DNA from: Planctomycetota bacterium
GTDB taxonomy: Bacteria > Planctomycetota > UBA8108 > SXIK01
Reading direction: 5' to 3'
Length of the DNA stretch: 64,000 nucleotides
NCBI GenBank assembly: GCA_965223265.1
Contig: OZ244999.1
Coordinates: 4,960,001 to 5,024,000 of the forward strand
The translations under genes and the position numbers were made by a program. Shown in pieces: positions 20,110 through 30,272 of the stretch. The notes beneath the pieces were generated by a model, which ran no database searches, was not told the DNA's origin, and saw only the letters and a list, made by a program, of their open reading frames with translations. Position 1 is the first letter of the stretch; every line of letters begins with the position of its first letter.

Positions 20110-21450
20110 GTGCAGTCCTTGCCTCACCTCAGTGATTTCTCACGCCGAGAATTCCTCCAGCGTCTGGCCGCCGGCGCCACGGCTGCCTGCGCGGCGGGAT
20201 GCGGCCCGGCGCGTCGCCCCGTCCTCGCGGCGGATGCCCGCGAGCCGGTGCGGTCCGTTGCCGGTCTGGCGACGATTTACTTCCGCGGCTCGCACGCCGA
20301 CGTGATCTTCGGCAAGATCCTCGATGGCTGGGATCAGGACGGCGGCCCCGGGCCGCGCCTGCGGTTGGCGTCCCTCTATATCCATCAGTTCCACGGGCAG
20401 CGTATACGACAAGACATTGGTCGGGCGATCGCGGCGTATCACGGCGTTCCACTCTTCGACAACATTGAAGATGCGATCACGCTCGGAACGAGCCGCGTGC
20501 GGGTCGACGGCGTTCTCAGCGTCGCTGAACACGGAGTCTACCGGATCAACGATAAAGGCCAAAAGCTCCACCCGAGGCGACGATTTCTCGCTGAGACGTG
20601 TCAGACCTTCGAGAAGTTCGGGCGTGTCGTGCCCGTCTTCAACGACAAGCATCTCGGTCCGGTGTGGGAAGACGCTCGCTGGATGTATGATCGGGCCCGG
20701 CAGCTGAACGTGCCGTTCATGGCGGGCTCCTCGCTTCCCGTGAGCTTTCGCTCGCCAGACCAACCGTTGGCGATGGGTTGTCGCCTCGAATCCGCGGTTG
20801 CAGTCGGCTATTCAGGTCTCGACAGTTACGGTTTCCACACCCTCGAGTTCCTCCAAGCCCACGTCGAACGACGGGTTAACGCAGAGACCGGAATCCGTTC
20901 GGTGGAAGCCGTCCGCGGCAAAGAGATGTGGCGTGACGTCGAGCGAGGAACTCTGCAGCGCCGCCTGCTCGAGGCTGCTCTCAAGCTCGTCGCACCGGGC
21001 GACGTCGACGCCGCGAAGAAGCTCCAGCGACAAGAGTTCACGCTGTTTCGTTACACCTACGAGGACGGGCTGAAAGCACATGTCTTCATGCTGCACGGAT
21101 TCGCGGCTGGCTGCAGTGTAGCGGTCAAGCAAGTGGGAGACGACGAGATCTATGCCACGCGCGCCGAGGAACGGCCGCTGCCGCGCTATCCCCACTTCGC
21201 CTACCTGCTACACTCCATCGAACGCATGATCTACAGCGGGCGCCCAAGCTTTCCAGTCGAACGCACGCTCCTGACGTCGGGGATGCTCGACCGCGCGCTG
21301 ACGTCGCTTCACGCCGGTGGCCAACACCTCGAGACGCCGGAGCTCGCCATCCCGTACACTCCGGTTGACTATCCGTACGCGCCGAACCCGCGGCTGCCGA
21401 CCGCGGCTGATTCTGAGTATCGAGGCGCCAAAACAAAGTCGGGCGGCTGA
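20110..21450 (+). CDS. Tat-exported conserved hypothetical protein (distant Gfo/Idh/MocA-like)
   Basis: SRREFLQ twin-arginine signal; PVFNDKHL, PFMAGSS, SYGFHTLE and PVERTLL motifs. Confidence 0.75.
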   Translation: MQSLPHLSDFSRREFLQRLAAGATAACAAGCGPARRPVLAADAREPVRSVAGLATIYFRGSHADVIFGKILDGWDQDGGPGPRLRLASLYIHQFHGQRIRQDIGRAIAAYHGVPLFDNIEDAITLGTSRVRVDGVLSVAEHGVYRINDKGQKLHPRRRFLAETCQTFEKFGRVVPVFNDKHLGPVWEDARWMYDRARQLNVPFMAGSSLPVSFRSPDQPLAMGCRLESAVAVGYSGLDSYGFHTLEFLQAHVERRVNAETGIRSVEAVRGKEMWRDVERGTLQRRLLEAALKLVAPGDVDAAKKLQRQEFTLFRYTYEDGLKAHVFMLHGFAAGCSVAVKQVGDDEIYATRAEERPLPRYPHFAYLLHSIERMIYSGRPSFPVERTLLTSGMLDRALTSLHAGGQHLETPELAIPYTPVDYPYAPNPRLPTAADSEYRGAKTKSGG

Positions 21451-21498
21451 CGACGACGCATGGCAGTATGCTATCGCGCTATGGCATCGAGGCATGGT

Positions 21499-23229
21499 TT
21501 ACTCGAAGCGCGAACCTGCCAGCGCCAGGTGGTAAATGATTCCTTGGTCGTAACCGACCATGTAGATCTCACCGTCAGCGTCGGTGCCGAATGAGACGAT
21601 GCGATCCGGTGCGATGCCGATCTGACGCACTTTCACAAGCCGACGGTCAGCATGCGTGAGTCCCCAGATGCGCTTCGACTGATAGTCCCCAAAGATGTAA
21701 ACCCCGTAGTATGAAGGGCTCCGCGTGCCGCGGTAGACGTACCCGCCAGTCACTGACGTGCCATGATGCCGTGCGATCGCGACAACCGGTGGTACGTACG
21801 TCTCGCCGCGCAGCCGAAAGCGATCCGAGAACGGAAGGAAACCTTCATAGACGTTCCAGCCGTGGTTCTCTCCGGCACGCACGAGGCATATCTCCTCGAA
21901 GCGGTTCTGTCCGACGTCACCGACCCAAAGGTCATGGGTTAAAGAATCGAAGCTGAAACGCCACGCCTGGCGCAGACCACGTGCGAAGATTTCGCGCCGG
22001 ACGAGCGGGTCCTTCAAGTGGACAAAGGGATTCGAATCTGGGATCGAGTAGTTGAGAGGCGGTTGACGCCGATCCACGTCGACCCGCAGAATCGCGCCCG
22101 AGAGCGTGCGGAGACTCTGGGCGCGCCCGGTGGGATCGGTTTGCGGACCACCGTCACCGGTGCCGACGTAGAGGAAACCGTCCGGCCCGAAAACGAGCAT
22201 GCCGCCGGTGTGAATATCCGTCGATTGATCGATCCTCAGAATCTCGCGTGCAGCAACGCCGGCGTCACGGCGCAGGTCAGCGGTGGCGCGTCGCTCGACA
22301 ACGAGCGTGGCGAAGGCTCCGTCTTCGAGAACGTGGTAGTTGACATAGTAGCGCCGGTTCTGGAGAAACCGCGGGTGAAGCGCCAGGCCCATGATGCCGG
22401 TGTACTCACCCGTGTGCACTTCGTCCGAAAGATCGACGAAAAGGGTTTTTCGATGTGGCCTTGTCGAACGATCCAGCAGCCAAATGCGAGCCGGCTCGCT
22501 GTCGACCACCAGAGCGAGATTTGGAAGCCTTGGCAGCGGCTCGAACCACACCGGATGGTGGAATCGGACCTCCGGTCCATGAATCGACTCGAGCCGAATC
22601 GGCCGCGCAGTCGCTTCGATCGTCATGGGAGTGCCGCGACGGGCACTTTGGGCAACCTCTGGACTCTCCAGCGTTTCCAAATAGGCGACAAGGTCGGCGA
22701 ACTCGCCAAGTGTGACACTTCGGTGAATGCCCTCGGGCATGAGGGAGACCCCACCTTCAAACGAGGTCGTCTCCTGCGCGACCTCACCCAACGCGATCGC
22801 CTGAATCTCGCCCGAAGCAACAAAGAGTTCGATCGCATGCGCGGATCGTTTCTCGATGATGCCGCTGTAGACGGTTCCGGAGTTCGTGACGACAGCGGTG
22901 ACGGCATACCCGGCAAGGACCTCGGCGCTCGGCTGGAGAACAGCCTCCACCAGCTGCGTACGGCTCAACTTCTCAGCAATGCCGAGAAGGTTCGGTCCCG
23001 CTTTGCGCTGCGTGCCGCCGACGACGTGACACCGCGTGCACCCAGCGCTGCCACTCTGAAAGACCTGCTGGCCACGCACCGAATCGCCTCGCTCCAGTTC
23101 CGCGTAGCGGGCATACGCCTCGGCATCCTCGGGCCGTCGATCGTGCTCAGGCAAGCCCGCATCGAGTTTGCAGCAGGCGAGGCACCCTAGAACCAGGGTC
23201 GAAAAGAGATGAAGCGATAGGCCTTGCAC
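21499..23229 (-). CDS. Cytochrome c domain fused to PQQ-dependent glucose/sorbosone dehydrogenase (GSDH) propeller
   Basis: N-terminal CTRCH...GPNL...SLMPEG; C-terminal GLALHPRF, HTGGMLVFGPDGFLYVGTGDGG, WRFSFD and GENHGW. Confidence 0.88.
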   Translation of the reverse strand: MQGLSLHLFSTLVLGCLACCKLDAGLPEHDRRPEDAEAYARYAELERGDSVRGQQVFQSGSAGCTRCHVVGGTQRKAGPNLLGIAEKLSRTQLVEAVLQPSAEVLAGYAVTAVVTNSGTVYSGIIEKRSAHAIELFVASGEIQAIALGEVAQETTSFEGGVSLMPEGIHRSVTLGEFADLVAYLETLESPEVAQSARRGTPMTIEATARPIRLESIHGPEVRFHHPVWFEPLPRLPNLALVVDSEPARIWLLDRSTRPHRKTLFVDLSDEVHTGEYTGIMGLALHPRFLQNRRYYVNYHVLEDGAFATLVVERRATADLRRDAGVAAREILRIDQSTDIHTGGMLVFGPDGFLYVGTGDGGPQTDPTGRAQSLRTLSGAILRVDVDRRQPPLNYSIPDSNPFVHLKDPLVRREIFARGLRQAWRFSFDSLTHDLWVGDVGQNRFEEICLVRAGENHGWNVYEGFLPFSDRFRLRGETYVPPVVAIARHHGTSVTGGYVYRGTRSPSYYGVYIFGDYQSKRIWGLTHADRRLVKVRQIGIAPDRIVSFGTDADGEIYMVGYDQGIIYHLALAGSRFE

Positions 23230-23424
23230 GTCGATTCGGAACTCCCGTCGCTGCGGACGTCATGAAAACCCCGACAAGCACTTTAAAACATTGGCAGTCG
23301 CAACGCCCCCACGTGCGAGCATCTAAAATAAAACGGAGTATGAGACAAGCGCGCTATGTGCTGGCGGTTCGGGTAAAGTCTGGCTTCCCCAGAATGCCAT
23401 GAGTACGCTAAGATTCGTAGTCGG

Positions 23425-24075
23425 ATGCCGAGCTCCTCAGATATCGAGAGCCATCAACACGTCAGCCAGACACAGGCGCCTCGGACGTCGGGACAAACTG
23501 GGATAGCGTGGATGACGATACCACAGACCAACGACGACGATCTATTCCAGCCGACACTTACGAGTGATGATGACGTCGCCGGCTTCGAAGAGCCGTGGGA
23601 CCCGACGTCGCTCACGTTTCTGACCTTTTTTGCAGGTCCGCTCGCCGGCGGCGCACTCTTCGCTGCCAACTTCAAGCGACTCGGCCAACCGTCTCGCTTC
23701 GTGCCGACGCTCATGATCGTGGCAGCCGTGTCGCTACCGTCGTACGCTCTCATCCCGTCGGTCGTGACCTTGCGCTATGCACCGTTCGACGCCCGCGGGA
23801 AAATCATAGCCGAGGCCGCTCGAACCGAAGCCCAGGAGAACCGCTTTCGGAGTGCCCGAAGAACAGGAAATCTCGTATTACGGTTGATCGGTATCTGCCT
23901 GGCTCTGGCTCTTGCAGCTAAACAAAAGTCTCGCTTCCGGCTCTGCGTCGGCACAGATCATCCGACCGCGAGCCTATGGGCGACCGGTGTCATCGCGTTC
24001 TTCGTCGGCCGCTTCGCAAACCGCGCCTTCTGGGACGTATTCTCGAATCTCGCAACTCTCGGAGCCGGCGCATGA
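23425..24075 (+). CDS. Membrane protein of unknown function
   Basis: About 4 hydrophobic segments; FFAGPLAG...NFKRLG; ATGA-coupled to the next gene. Confidence 0.7.
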   Translation: MPSSSDIESHQHVSQTQAPRTSGQTGIAWMTIPQTNDDDLFQPTLTSDDDVAGFEEPWDPTSLTFLTFFAGPLAGGALFAANFKRLGQPSRFVPTLMIVAAVSLPSYALIPSVVTLRYAPFDARGKIIAEAARTEAQENRFRSARRTGNLVLRLIGICLALALAAKQKSRFRLCVGTDHPTASLWATGVIAFFVGRFANRAFWDVFSNLATLGAGA

Positions 24076-25001
24076 GCGAATTCGGTAGCACGCCGCACGG
24101 GGCTGAGGAGGACGCCGCCTCACGCCATGTCGAGACAGCACGACATCTCATAGAGGTCGAGCGGTTCGACCTCGCCGAAAAACACTTGCGCGCGGCGATG
24201 ACAAGCGACCCGGAAGACTCTGCCACTCACACGATTCTCGGTTGGGTGCTCAAGGCACAAGACAATCTCGTCGAGGCTGAGGAAGAAGCACGAGCGGCTC
24301 TGGCTCTTGACCCAGCCGATACCAGCGCACTTCGGCTTCTCGCCGACATCCGGGAAGACGAAGGAGAACACCAGGAGGCCGAGGAGATCCTGCTCGAAGC
24401 CTTACGACTCTCACCCGTTGACCCACACCTGTTCTGCGACTATGCGTACCTCATGTACAAGACAGGTCATCTCGACAAAGCCGAGAGACTGACCCGGCGC
24501 GCCCTTCAGCAAGACCCTGAAAGTGAACGCGCGCACGCCCTTCTGTCGAGCGTTCTCAGCGAACGCGACAAAGATTCCGAGTCTTTAGCGCACGGCGAAC
24601 ACGCGGTACGGCTGGCACCTGAGGAAGAGTCCTCGCACGCGGCGGTCGGGCTCGCCCACATACAAGGCGGTCGACCGTTCGCGGCACGCAGCGCGTTTCG
24701 AGAAGCCCTCCGTCACTCGCCCTCGGACCCGACGCTTGAAGAACTCTACGAACACGCAGATTTTCAATGTCGCTGGACCTACCTGCCGATGTACTACCTC
24801 TCCCTGGTACTGCAGAGAATTCCTGGCGGCCCCTTTGCGCTCTGGGGCGGATTCGTCGTCGTGCTCATGGCGCTGCGCTCCACGGATGTGGACTCCTCGA
24901 CCGTCTCCGCGATTGCGATCGGCTGGCTTTGCCTTTGCGTCTACACATGGGTAGCCTCGCCGATCACCAAGGCGTGGATCAAATTGGTACCACGAAAATG
25001 A
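24072..25001 (+). CDS. TPR protein with two C-terminal TM helices
   Basis: About 6 TPR repeats (AMTSDPED, ALALDPAD, ALRLSPVD, ALQQDPES); start ATG 24072 overlaps the previous stop. Confidence 0.85.
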   Translation: MSEFGSTPHGAEEDAASRHVETARHLIEVERFDLAEKHLRAAMTSDPEDSATHTILGWVLKAQDNLVEAEEEARAALALDPADTSALRLLADIREDEGEHQEAEEILLEALRLSPVDPHLFCDYAYLMYKTGHLDKAERLTRRALQQDPESERAHALLSSVLSERDKDSESLAHGEHAVRLAPEEESSHAAVGLAHIQGGRPFAARSAFREALRHSPSDPTLEELYEHADFQCRWTYLPMYYLSLVLQRIPGGPFALWGGFVVVLMALRSTDVDSSTVSAIAIGWLCLCVYTWVASPITKAWIKLVPRK

Positions 25002-26470
25002 CTGACGCAAACGATGCGCTGCTGAGTGGACTCAAACTCGCACTCGATCAAGATCCACGCAACGTAGCTCTTTGGATTCATTACGCCGATCTTTTGGCGA
25101 CCGCCGAACGCCGCGCGGAAGCCATCAACGCTCTGCGGACCGTGCTCGAACTCAAAGCCGACGAATCCACGATTTTGGAGAAGCTCGTGCCGCTTCTCAG
25201 GCAGGAAGAACAACTCGCCGAAGCGCTGATTCGAGCCGAGCGTCTCCTCGAGCTCAATGCCTCCGCCGTGACGTTCGCCGAGCTGGCGCGGATCCACCTG
25301 GCGCGCGGCCAAAGAGAAGAGGCAGTGCAATGCTACGCGCGAGCAAGAGAATTCCAAGGCTTTAGCGACGACGAGTTGGAGGCTGCTCTGCAAAGAGATG
25401 CGACAGCCGATGAGACGAAAAATGCCACGAACCGGAACAGTGCGAACGCCGAAGCCCGAAAGAGTGCCAGCGATGGCAGTAGCGACGTAGCGAGCTCACC
25501 GCCGAACGCCGCAGACGGCGATTCTGAAGACGAATTCGCCGCCGCCGAGATCGCACCCGACGGCCTCGACCCCGACGACTGGGCGTCTCAGTTCGACTGG
25601 GGAGATCTGCGTGTCACATTCGATGACGTCGCCGGGCTCGACGACGTAAAGCGCCAGATTCATCTGCGCATCATCGCACCATTCAAGAACAAAGAAATCT
25701 ACCGCGCCTTCGGTCGCCAGGGCGGCGGCGGGATCCTCCTCTACGGTCCACCCGGTTGCGGCAAGACGTTCATCGCGCGAGCAACTGCTGGCGAGTGCGG
25801 CGCCCGGTTCGTGTCCGTCGGCATCCACGACATCGTCGACAAGTATTGGGGGGAGAGCGAGAAGCTCATCCACACGCTCTTCGACCAGGCGCGCTCTCGT
25901 CCCCCCACGGTCCTCTTCTTCGACGAATTCGACGCGCTCGGATCCACGCGAGGCCGCACAGAGTCGCAATTTTGGAAGACGCTTGTTGATCAGCTCCTGC
26001 AAGAGATGGACGGTATCGGTGGCCGCAACGAGGGCGTCTTGGTGTTCGCCGCCACGAACGTCCCGTGGCACGTCGACTCAGCGTTCCGCCGACCCGGACG
26101 CTTCGATCGTGTCCTCTTTGTACCGCCGCCAGACTCCACGGCGCGCCACAAGATCCTCGAACATGGCTGCAAGAGCTTGCCGGGTGGCGACGGAATCGAC
26201 GTGAGCAAGCTCGCAAAGCGAACGTCGCTCATGACCGGGGCAGATTTGAAAGCTCTCTGTGAACGCGCTTCGGAAAACGCACTCGAACGATCGCTGGAGA
26301 CCGGAGAAGTCCATCCGGTCGCGATGAAGGACTTCGAGCGCGAGCTCAAACGGATTCAAAGCTCAGCGACGGACTGGCTGTCGACCGCAAAAAACTACGC
26401 GAAGTACTCGAACGAGTCGGGTCAATACGACGAAGTTGCGGATTTTCTGCGGCGGCTCAAGCGCTGGTAG
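24998..26470 (+). CDS. TPR-AAA+ ATPase (single classic AAA domain)
   Basis: N-terminal TPRs; Walker A GPPGCGKT, pore loop KYWGESEK, Walker B LFFDEFD, SRH ATNVPW..DSAFRRPGRFD; start ATG 24998. Confidence 0.9.
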   Translation: MTDANDALLSGLKLALDQDPRNVALWIHYADLLATAERRAEAINALRTVLELKADESTILEKLVPLLRQEEQLAEALIRAERLLELNASAVTFAELARIHLARGQREEAVQCYARAREFQGFSDDELEAALQRDATADETKNATNRNSANAEARKSASDGSSDVASSPPNAADGDSEDEFAAAEIAPDGLDPDDWASQFDWGDLRVTFDDVAGLDDVKRQIHLRIIAPFKNKEIYRAFGRQGGGGILLYGPPGCGKTFIARATAGECGARFVSVGIHDIVDKYWGESEKLIHTLFDQARSRPPTVLFFDEFDALGSTRGRTESQFWKTLVDQLLQEMDGIGGRNEGVLVFAATNVPWHVDSAFRRPGRFDRVLFVPPPDSTARHKILEHGCKSLPGGDGIDVSKLAKRTSLMTGADLKALCERASENALERSLETGEVHPVAMKDFERELKRIQSSATDWLSTAKNYAKYSNESGQYDEVADFLRRLKRW

Positions 26471-26666
26471 CCGCGGAACTGACCGCGTCGGTGGCTCTCG
26501 CCGTCACCTGCGGCTATGATTTTCGTCTCAGCGCCGCGAGCGATGCGCACGTTCACGCGGCGCACTTGGATCTGCTTGCCCGACGTCCTCCTTGGTTGTG
26601 ATGGCGACATCGGTCAGAGCAGCTTCCGAGGCGTGCAAGTCACAAACCGGCGCCATCATCTTTGTC

Positions 26667-27860
26667 ATGAAGATCGACCACATTGAATCCATCAACCTGC
26701 GGCACGAGTATCCTGCGTCGCAGCGTTTTCACTACGCTGGCGGCACGTGCACAGGACGGCTGACCTCCTTGGTTCGTGTTCACACCGACTGCGGCCGCTG
26801 CGGCATTGGTGCCGGGTATACCCATCCGGTGCTGTTCGACGTGATCGTGAAAGATCAACTCGAACCCCTCCTCGTCGGCGCCGATCCGCGCGAAGTCGAA
26901 GCGCTTTGGGATGTCATGTATCGTGTCACGCGTTGGTACGGCCGCAAGGGCGCGGCGATGACAGCGTTGGGTGCACTTGACACCGCATTTTGGGATCTGC
27001 GCGCGCAGGCGTTCGACAAGCCGCTGTGGTCTCTACTCGGCGGCGAAAGCGCGACGTGCCCAGCGTATGCCAGCGCGCTCTTGTGGAAGGATGTTGACGC
27101 CCTCGCCGCTGAGGCTGCCGTGCTCGTCGAGCGCGGATTCCGCCGTGTCAAGATGCGGCTCGCACGCAGCGAGGAGTACGACATTGCTGCAGTTCGAGCT
27201 GTGCGCAAAGCCGTAGGACCGGACGTGGACGTCATGGTCGACGCATCGATGCGCTACAACGTCGAGCTCGCCAGACGAATCGCCGTCGTCCTTGAGGAGG
27301 AGGGCGTCTTTTGGTTCGAGGAGCCGTTCGCGCCGGAAGACTTGGATTCCTACACCGCTCTGCGCGGCAGCATCCGCGTGCCGCTGGCAGCTGGCGAGAA
27401 CGAATTCGGAGCCCAGGGCTTCCGCGAACTTGTCCGCACTGGCGCCGTCGACGTCGTCCAGCCCGATGCCAGTCGAGCCGGCGGCATCAGCGAAGTCTTG
27501 CGCGTCGGTGAATTCGCTCGCGCCGCGAATCTCCGGCTTGCCACGCACAGCTGGAGCGATGCGATTGCAATCATTGCCAACGCACACGCCGTGTCGTCAC
27601 TGGCATGCGGCGTCACCGTCGAAGTCGATCAGACAGGCAACCCGTTCGTTGACTCTCTGCTGGAGACGCCACTGCAAATTGAGAACGGGATGCTCCAGCT
27701 CGGAGACGCGCCCGGGCTCGGCGTGAAGCTCGACGAACGCGCCATCGCCCATCAGCGCCTCTCCGATCCACGCCGCGTCCCAGATGGCAACTACTCGGAC
27801 ATGTTGTTCGGTGCTAAACATTTGACTCGGGAAGACCCGTACAAAGAGTTGAATCTGTAG
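26667..27860 (+). CDS. Mandelate racemase/muconate lactonizing enzyme family protein
   Basis: ALDTAFWDL, KMR, VMVDA, WFEEP, AAGEN, VVQPD and APGLG. Confidence 0.9.
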   Translation: MKIDHIESINLRHEYPASQRFHYAGGTCTGRLTSLVRVHTDCGRCGIGAGYTHPVLFDVIVKDQLEPLLVGADPREVEALWDVMYRVTRWYGRKGAAMTALGALDTAFWDLRAQAFDKPLWSLLGGESATCPAYASALLWKDVDALAAEAAVLVERGFRRVKMRLARSEEYDIAAVRAVRKAVGPDVDVMVDASMRYNVELARRIAVVLEEEGVFWFEEPFAPEDLDSYTALRGSIRVPLAAGENEFGAQGFRELVRTGAVDVVQPDASRAGGISEVLRVGEFARAANLRLATHSWSDAIAIIANAHAVSSLACGVTVEVDQTGNPFVDSLLETPLQIENGMLQLGDAPGLGVKLDERAIAHQRLSDPRRVPDGNYSDMLFGAKHLTREDPYKELNL

Positions 27861-27983
27861 GGCACTCCCAAGCCACCGCGGCCGCCGCTTGTCACTCGAT
27901 GCAAACAGCGGTCTAATGGAGAATCCGAGACCCGCGCGAGCCCACACGCCGCACGAACTCGCTGCCCCGCGCGTAAGGACTTC

Positions 27984-29906
27984 TTGATGCGATCAACCCG
28001 GCAACTTTCGGTAGGAATCTTTCTCGCCACTCTCGTCCTGGGATTCTGTACCGCCTCGATCGATCGCATGGCCGCCCAAGAACCGCTTTTACCGGACATC
28101 ACGGTTCAGCGCGGATTCCTCTTCGATTACGAATTCGAGACCAAATTCGGTGGCCAAACCTGGTTGAGCTTCGCCAGCGGCACCTCGAATCTCGGTGACG
28201 GCAAACTCTACCTCTACGGTGTCTTCCCTGCCAATGAGGATGGCTCCCAGACGGCGATGCAGCGCGTTTTCTTCGACGACGGATCGTTCGAAGATCGTGA
28301 AGTCGGGCACTTCGAGTTTCATCAAGACCACGGCCACGTCCATGTCGAAGGTTGGACACAATACCAGCTGCGCGAGTTGTTGCCGAATGACGGAGTCGGA
28401 GAGATCGTCCGGACGGCCGAGAAGACCAGCTTTTGCATCCTTGACCTGTTCGTTGAGGACGCGACGCTACCCAACTTTCAGCGCGAGCCAGAATTCAATT
28501 CTTGTGCTGGCGCGGTTCAGGGACTCTCGGTTGGTTGGGGTGATGTGTACGGCAGATCATTGCAGCAGTTCGACGTTACGGGCTTGCCCACGGGAATCTA
28601 TTGGCTTGAATCGATCGCCGATCCGGACGACCAAATCTTGGAGCTCAACGAAGACAACAACGTTGAGCGCATCAAGATCACCATCGGCAGCCCGGAACGC
28701 GTCCCTGATTTCTATGAACCCAACGAGAGCATCGACGAATTGGAAGACCGTTTGCCCGGCGCGCCGAGAAGTCCCAATCTTGGCCCAGTCGGTCCGCGAA
28801 CGGTCGTAGAGGACCTCAACATCGCCCTGGACGACGAAGACTTTTTTCGGTTCTACATCAATAGCACCGGCAAGGTTGACGACTTTGTCGAGATCGCATT
28901 CGATCATGCGCAGGGCAACTTGGAGCTTCAGCTCCTGACACTGGCTGGAGACGAACTCGCCTCGGCGGCAGATGACGGAGACATTGAGACCATTTCGCTC
29001 GAAGGGATTTCAGAAGGCTGGTATGTTGTCCGGGTCTTCAGCATCGACGGGCCAAACCCAAGTTACAGCCTCACGATCGACCCACCCGAGAACAGATCAC
29101 CATCGGTCGCGGTGCTGAGTCCAGTGCTGAACGAGCTCAAACTGCATGGAGCTGATTCCTATCGCGTTCGTTGGGCGGTTTCAGATCCCGACTCGAGCAA
29201 ACTGTGGGCGTCGGTGTTTCTAAATCAGCGACCTGTGCTTGACGAGAACGTGCTCAGCGTCTCAACGATGCGCAACGTCGACGCCGAAATTGCTGTGGGA
29301 ATCATCAACTCGCCCGAGTTTCCCCCCGGGAAGTATTTCATCTACTGTGAGGTCACAGACGGCGGTTCAGTGACGGGTGCTTGGTCGCGGGGCACCGTCA
29401 ATTTTCTCGACCTCGGCCCGTCATGCCAGGCAGAGACGATCGGCGACCCGAGCGACTGCAACGTCAACCTGATCGTTGACACCTGCGAAATCGCAGCACA
29501 GGTTCAGAGCGACTGCAACCTCAACGACATTCCCGACTCCTGTGAGATGCTGCAGGACCCAGCGCTAGATGAAGACGCCACAGGCGTACTCGACGCGTGT
29601 GAAACTGCGCTCTTTCACCGCGGCGACCCCAACGGCGACGGCGCACTCGACATCTCGGACTCGCTGTTTCTGCTGGGCTTCCTCTTCGTCGGCCGGGAAG
29701 GCCCGACGTGCCGCGACTCCGCGGACGCGGACGACGACGGTGAGCTGAGCATCACCGACGCCATCTTCATGCTCCTCTACCTGTTCATCGACGGCGAACC
29801 ACCGCCCGCCCCGGGGCCACCCGGTCACCCCTGCGGCGTCGACTCTGCGGCGCCGGAGCTGCCCGTGACGATGGGGTGTGTCGCGTACTCCGAGTGCGAC
29901 GTCTGA
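27984..29906 (+). CDS. Secreted lysyl oxidase-family protein with PPC/Ig-like domains and C-terminal dockerin-like domain
   Basis: Signal peptide; FEFHQDHGHVH Cu motif; KTSFCILD; QGLSVGWGDVY; ELNEDNN; C-terminal FHRGDPNGDGALDISD...DADDDGELSITD. Confidence 0.85.
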   Translation: MMRSTRQLSVGIFLATLVLGFCTASIDRMAAQEPLLPDITVQRGFLFDYEFETKFGGQTWLSFASGTSNLGDGKLYLYGVFPANEDGSQTAMQRVFFDDGSFEDREVGHFEFHQDHGHVHVEGWTQYQLRELLPNDGVGEIVRTAEKTSFCILDLFVEDATLPNFQREPEFNSCAGAVQGLSVGWGDVYGRSLQQFDVTGLPTGIYWLESIADPDDQILELNEDNNVERIKITIGSPERVPDFYEPNESIDELEDRLPGAPRSPNLGPVGPRTVVEDLNIALDDEDFFRFYINSTGKVDDFVEIAFDHAQGNLELQLLTLAGDELASAADDGDIETISLEGISEGWYVVRVFSIDGPNPSYSLTIDPPENRSPSVAVLSPVLNELKLHGADSYRVRWAVSDPDSSKLWASVFLNQRPVLDENVLSVSTMRNVDAEIAVGIINSPEFPPGKYFIYCEVTDGGSVTGAWSRGTVNFLDLGPSCQAETIGDPSDCNVNLIVDTCEIAAQVQSDCNLNDIPDSCEMLQDPALDEDATGVLDACETALFHRGDPNGDGALDISDSLFLLGFLFVGREGPTCRDSADADDDGELSITDAIFMLLYLFIDGEPPPAPGPPGHPCGVDSAAPELPVTMGCVAYSECDV

Positions 29907-30272
29907 GTTTCATTCTCTTCGTCTCAGACCCACGCCAGAACGCAACACGTCGACGCTGACAAGGGGCACGCTCCACGACGAGTCAGCGTCACATTTTCGT
30001 CATTCCTTGACCTCAGCCCGCTTCGCATGCCCAGCAACAACGCGGGTGCGTCGAATCAAGCTAGAGAAACGGCGAACGCTATTCCTACGTCGTGTACGGC
30101 TTTGAAGATCGACTCGATGCGAAAACGCTAGAGTTCGTCCAAACGCATTCGCGAATTGCGTTTTGGGCGCCGCTCGACGCGCCTATCATCCGCATGGGTA
30201 TTGCGTGACGAGCGGGGAAGGAGTCAAGCCACCTCGCTTCATTTGTTCAGGCGCTGAGGAAAGAGGAATCTC

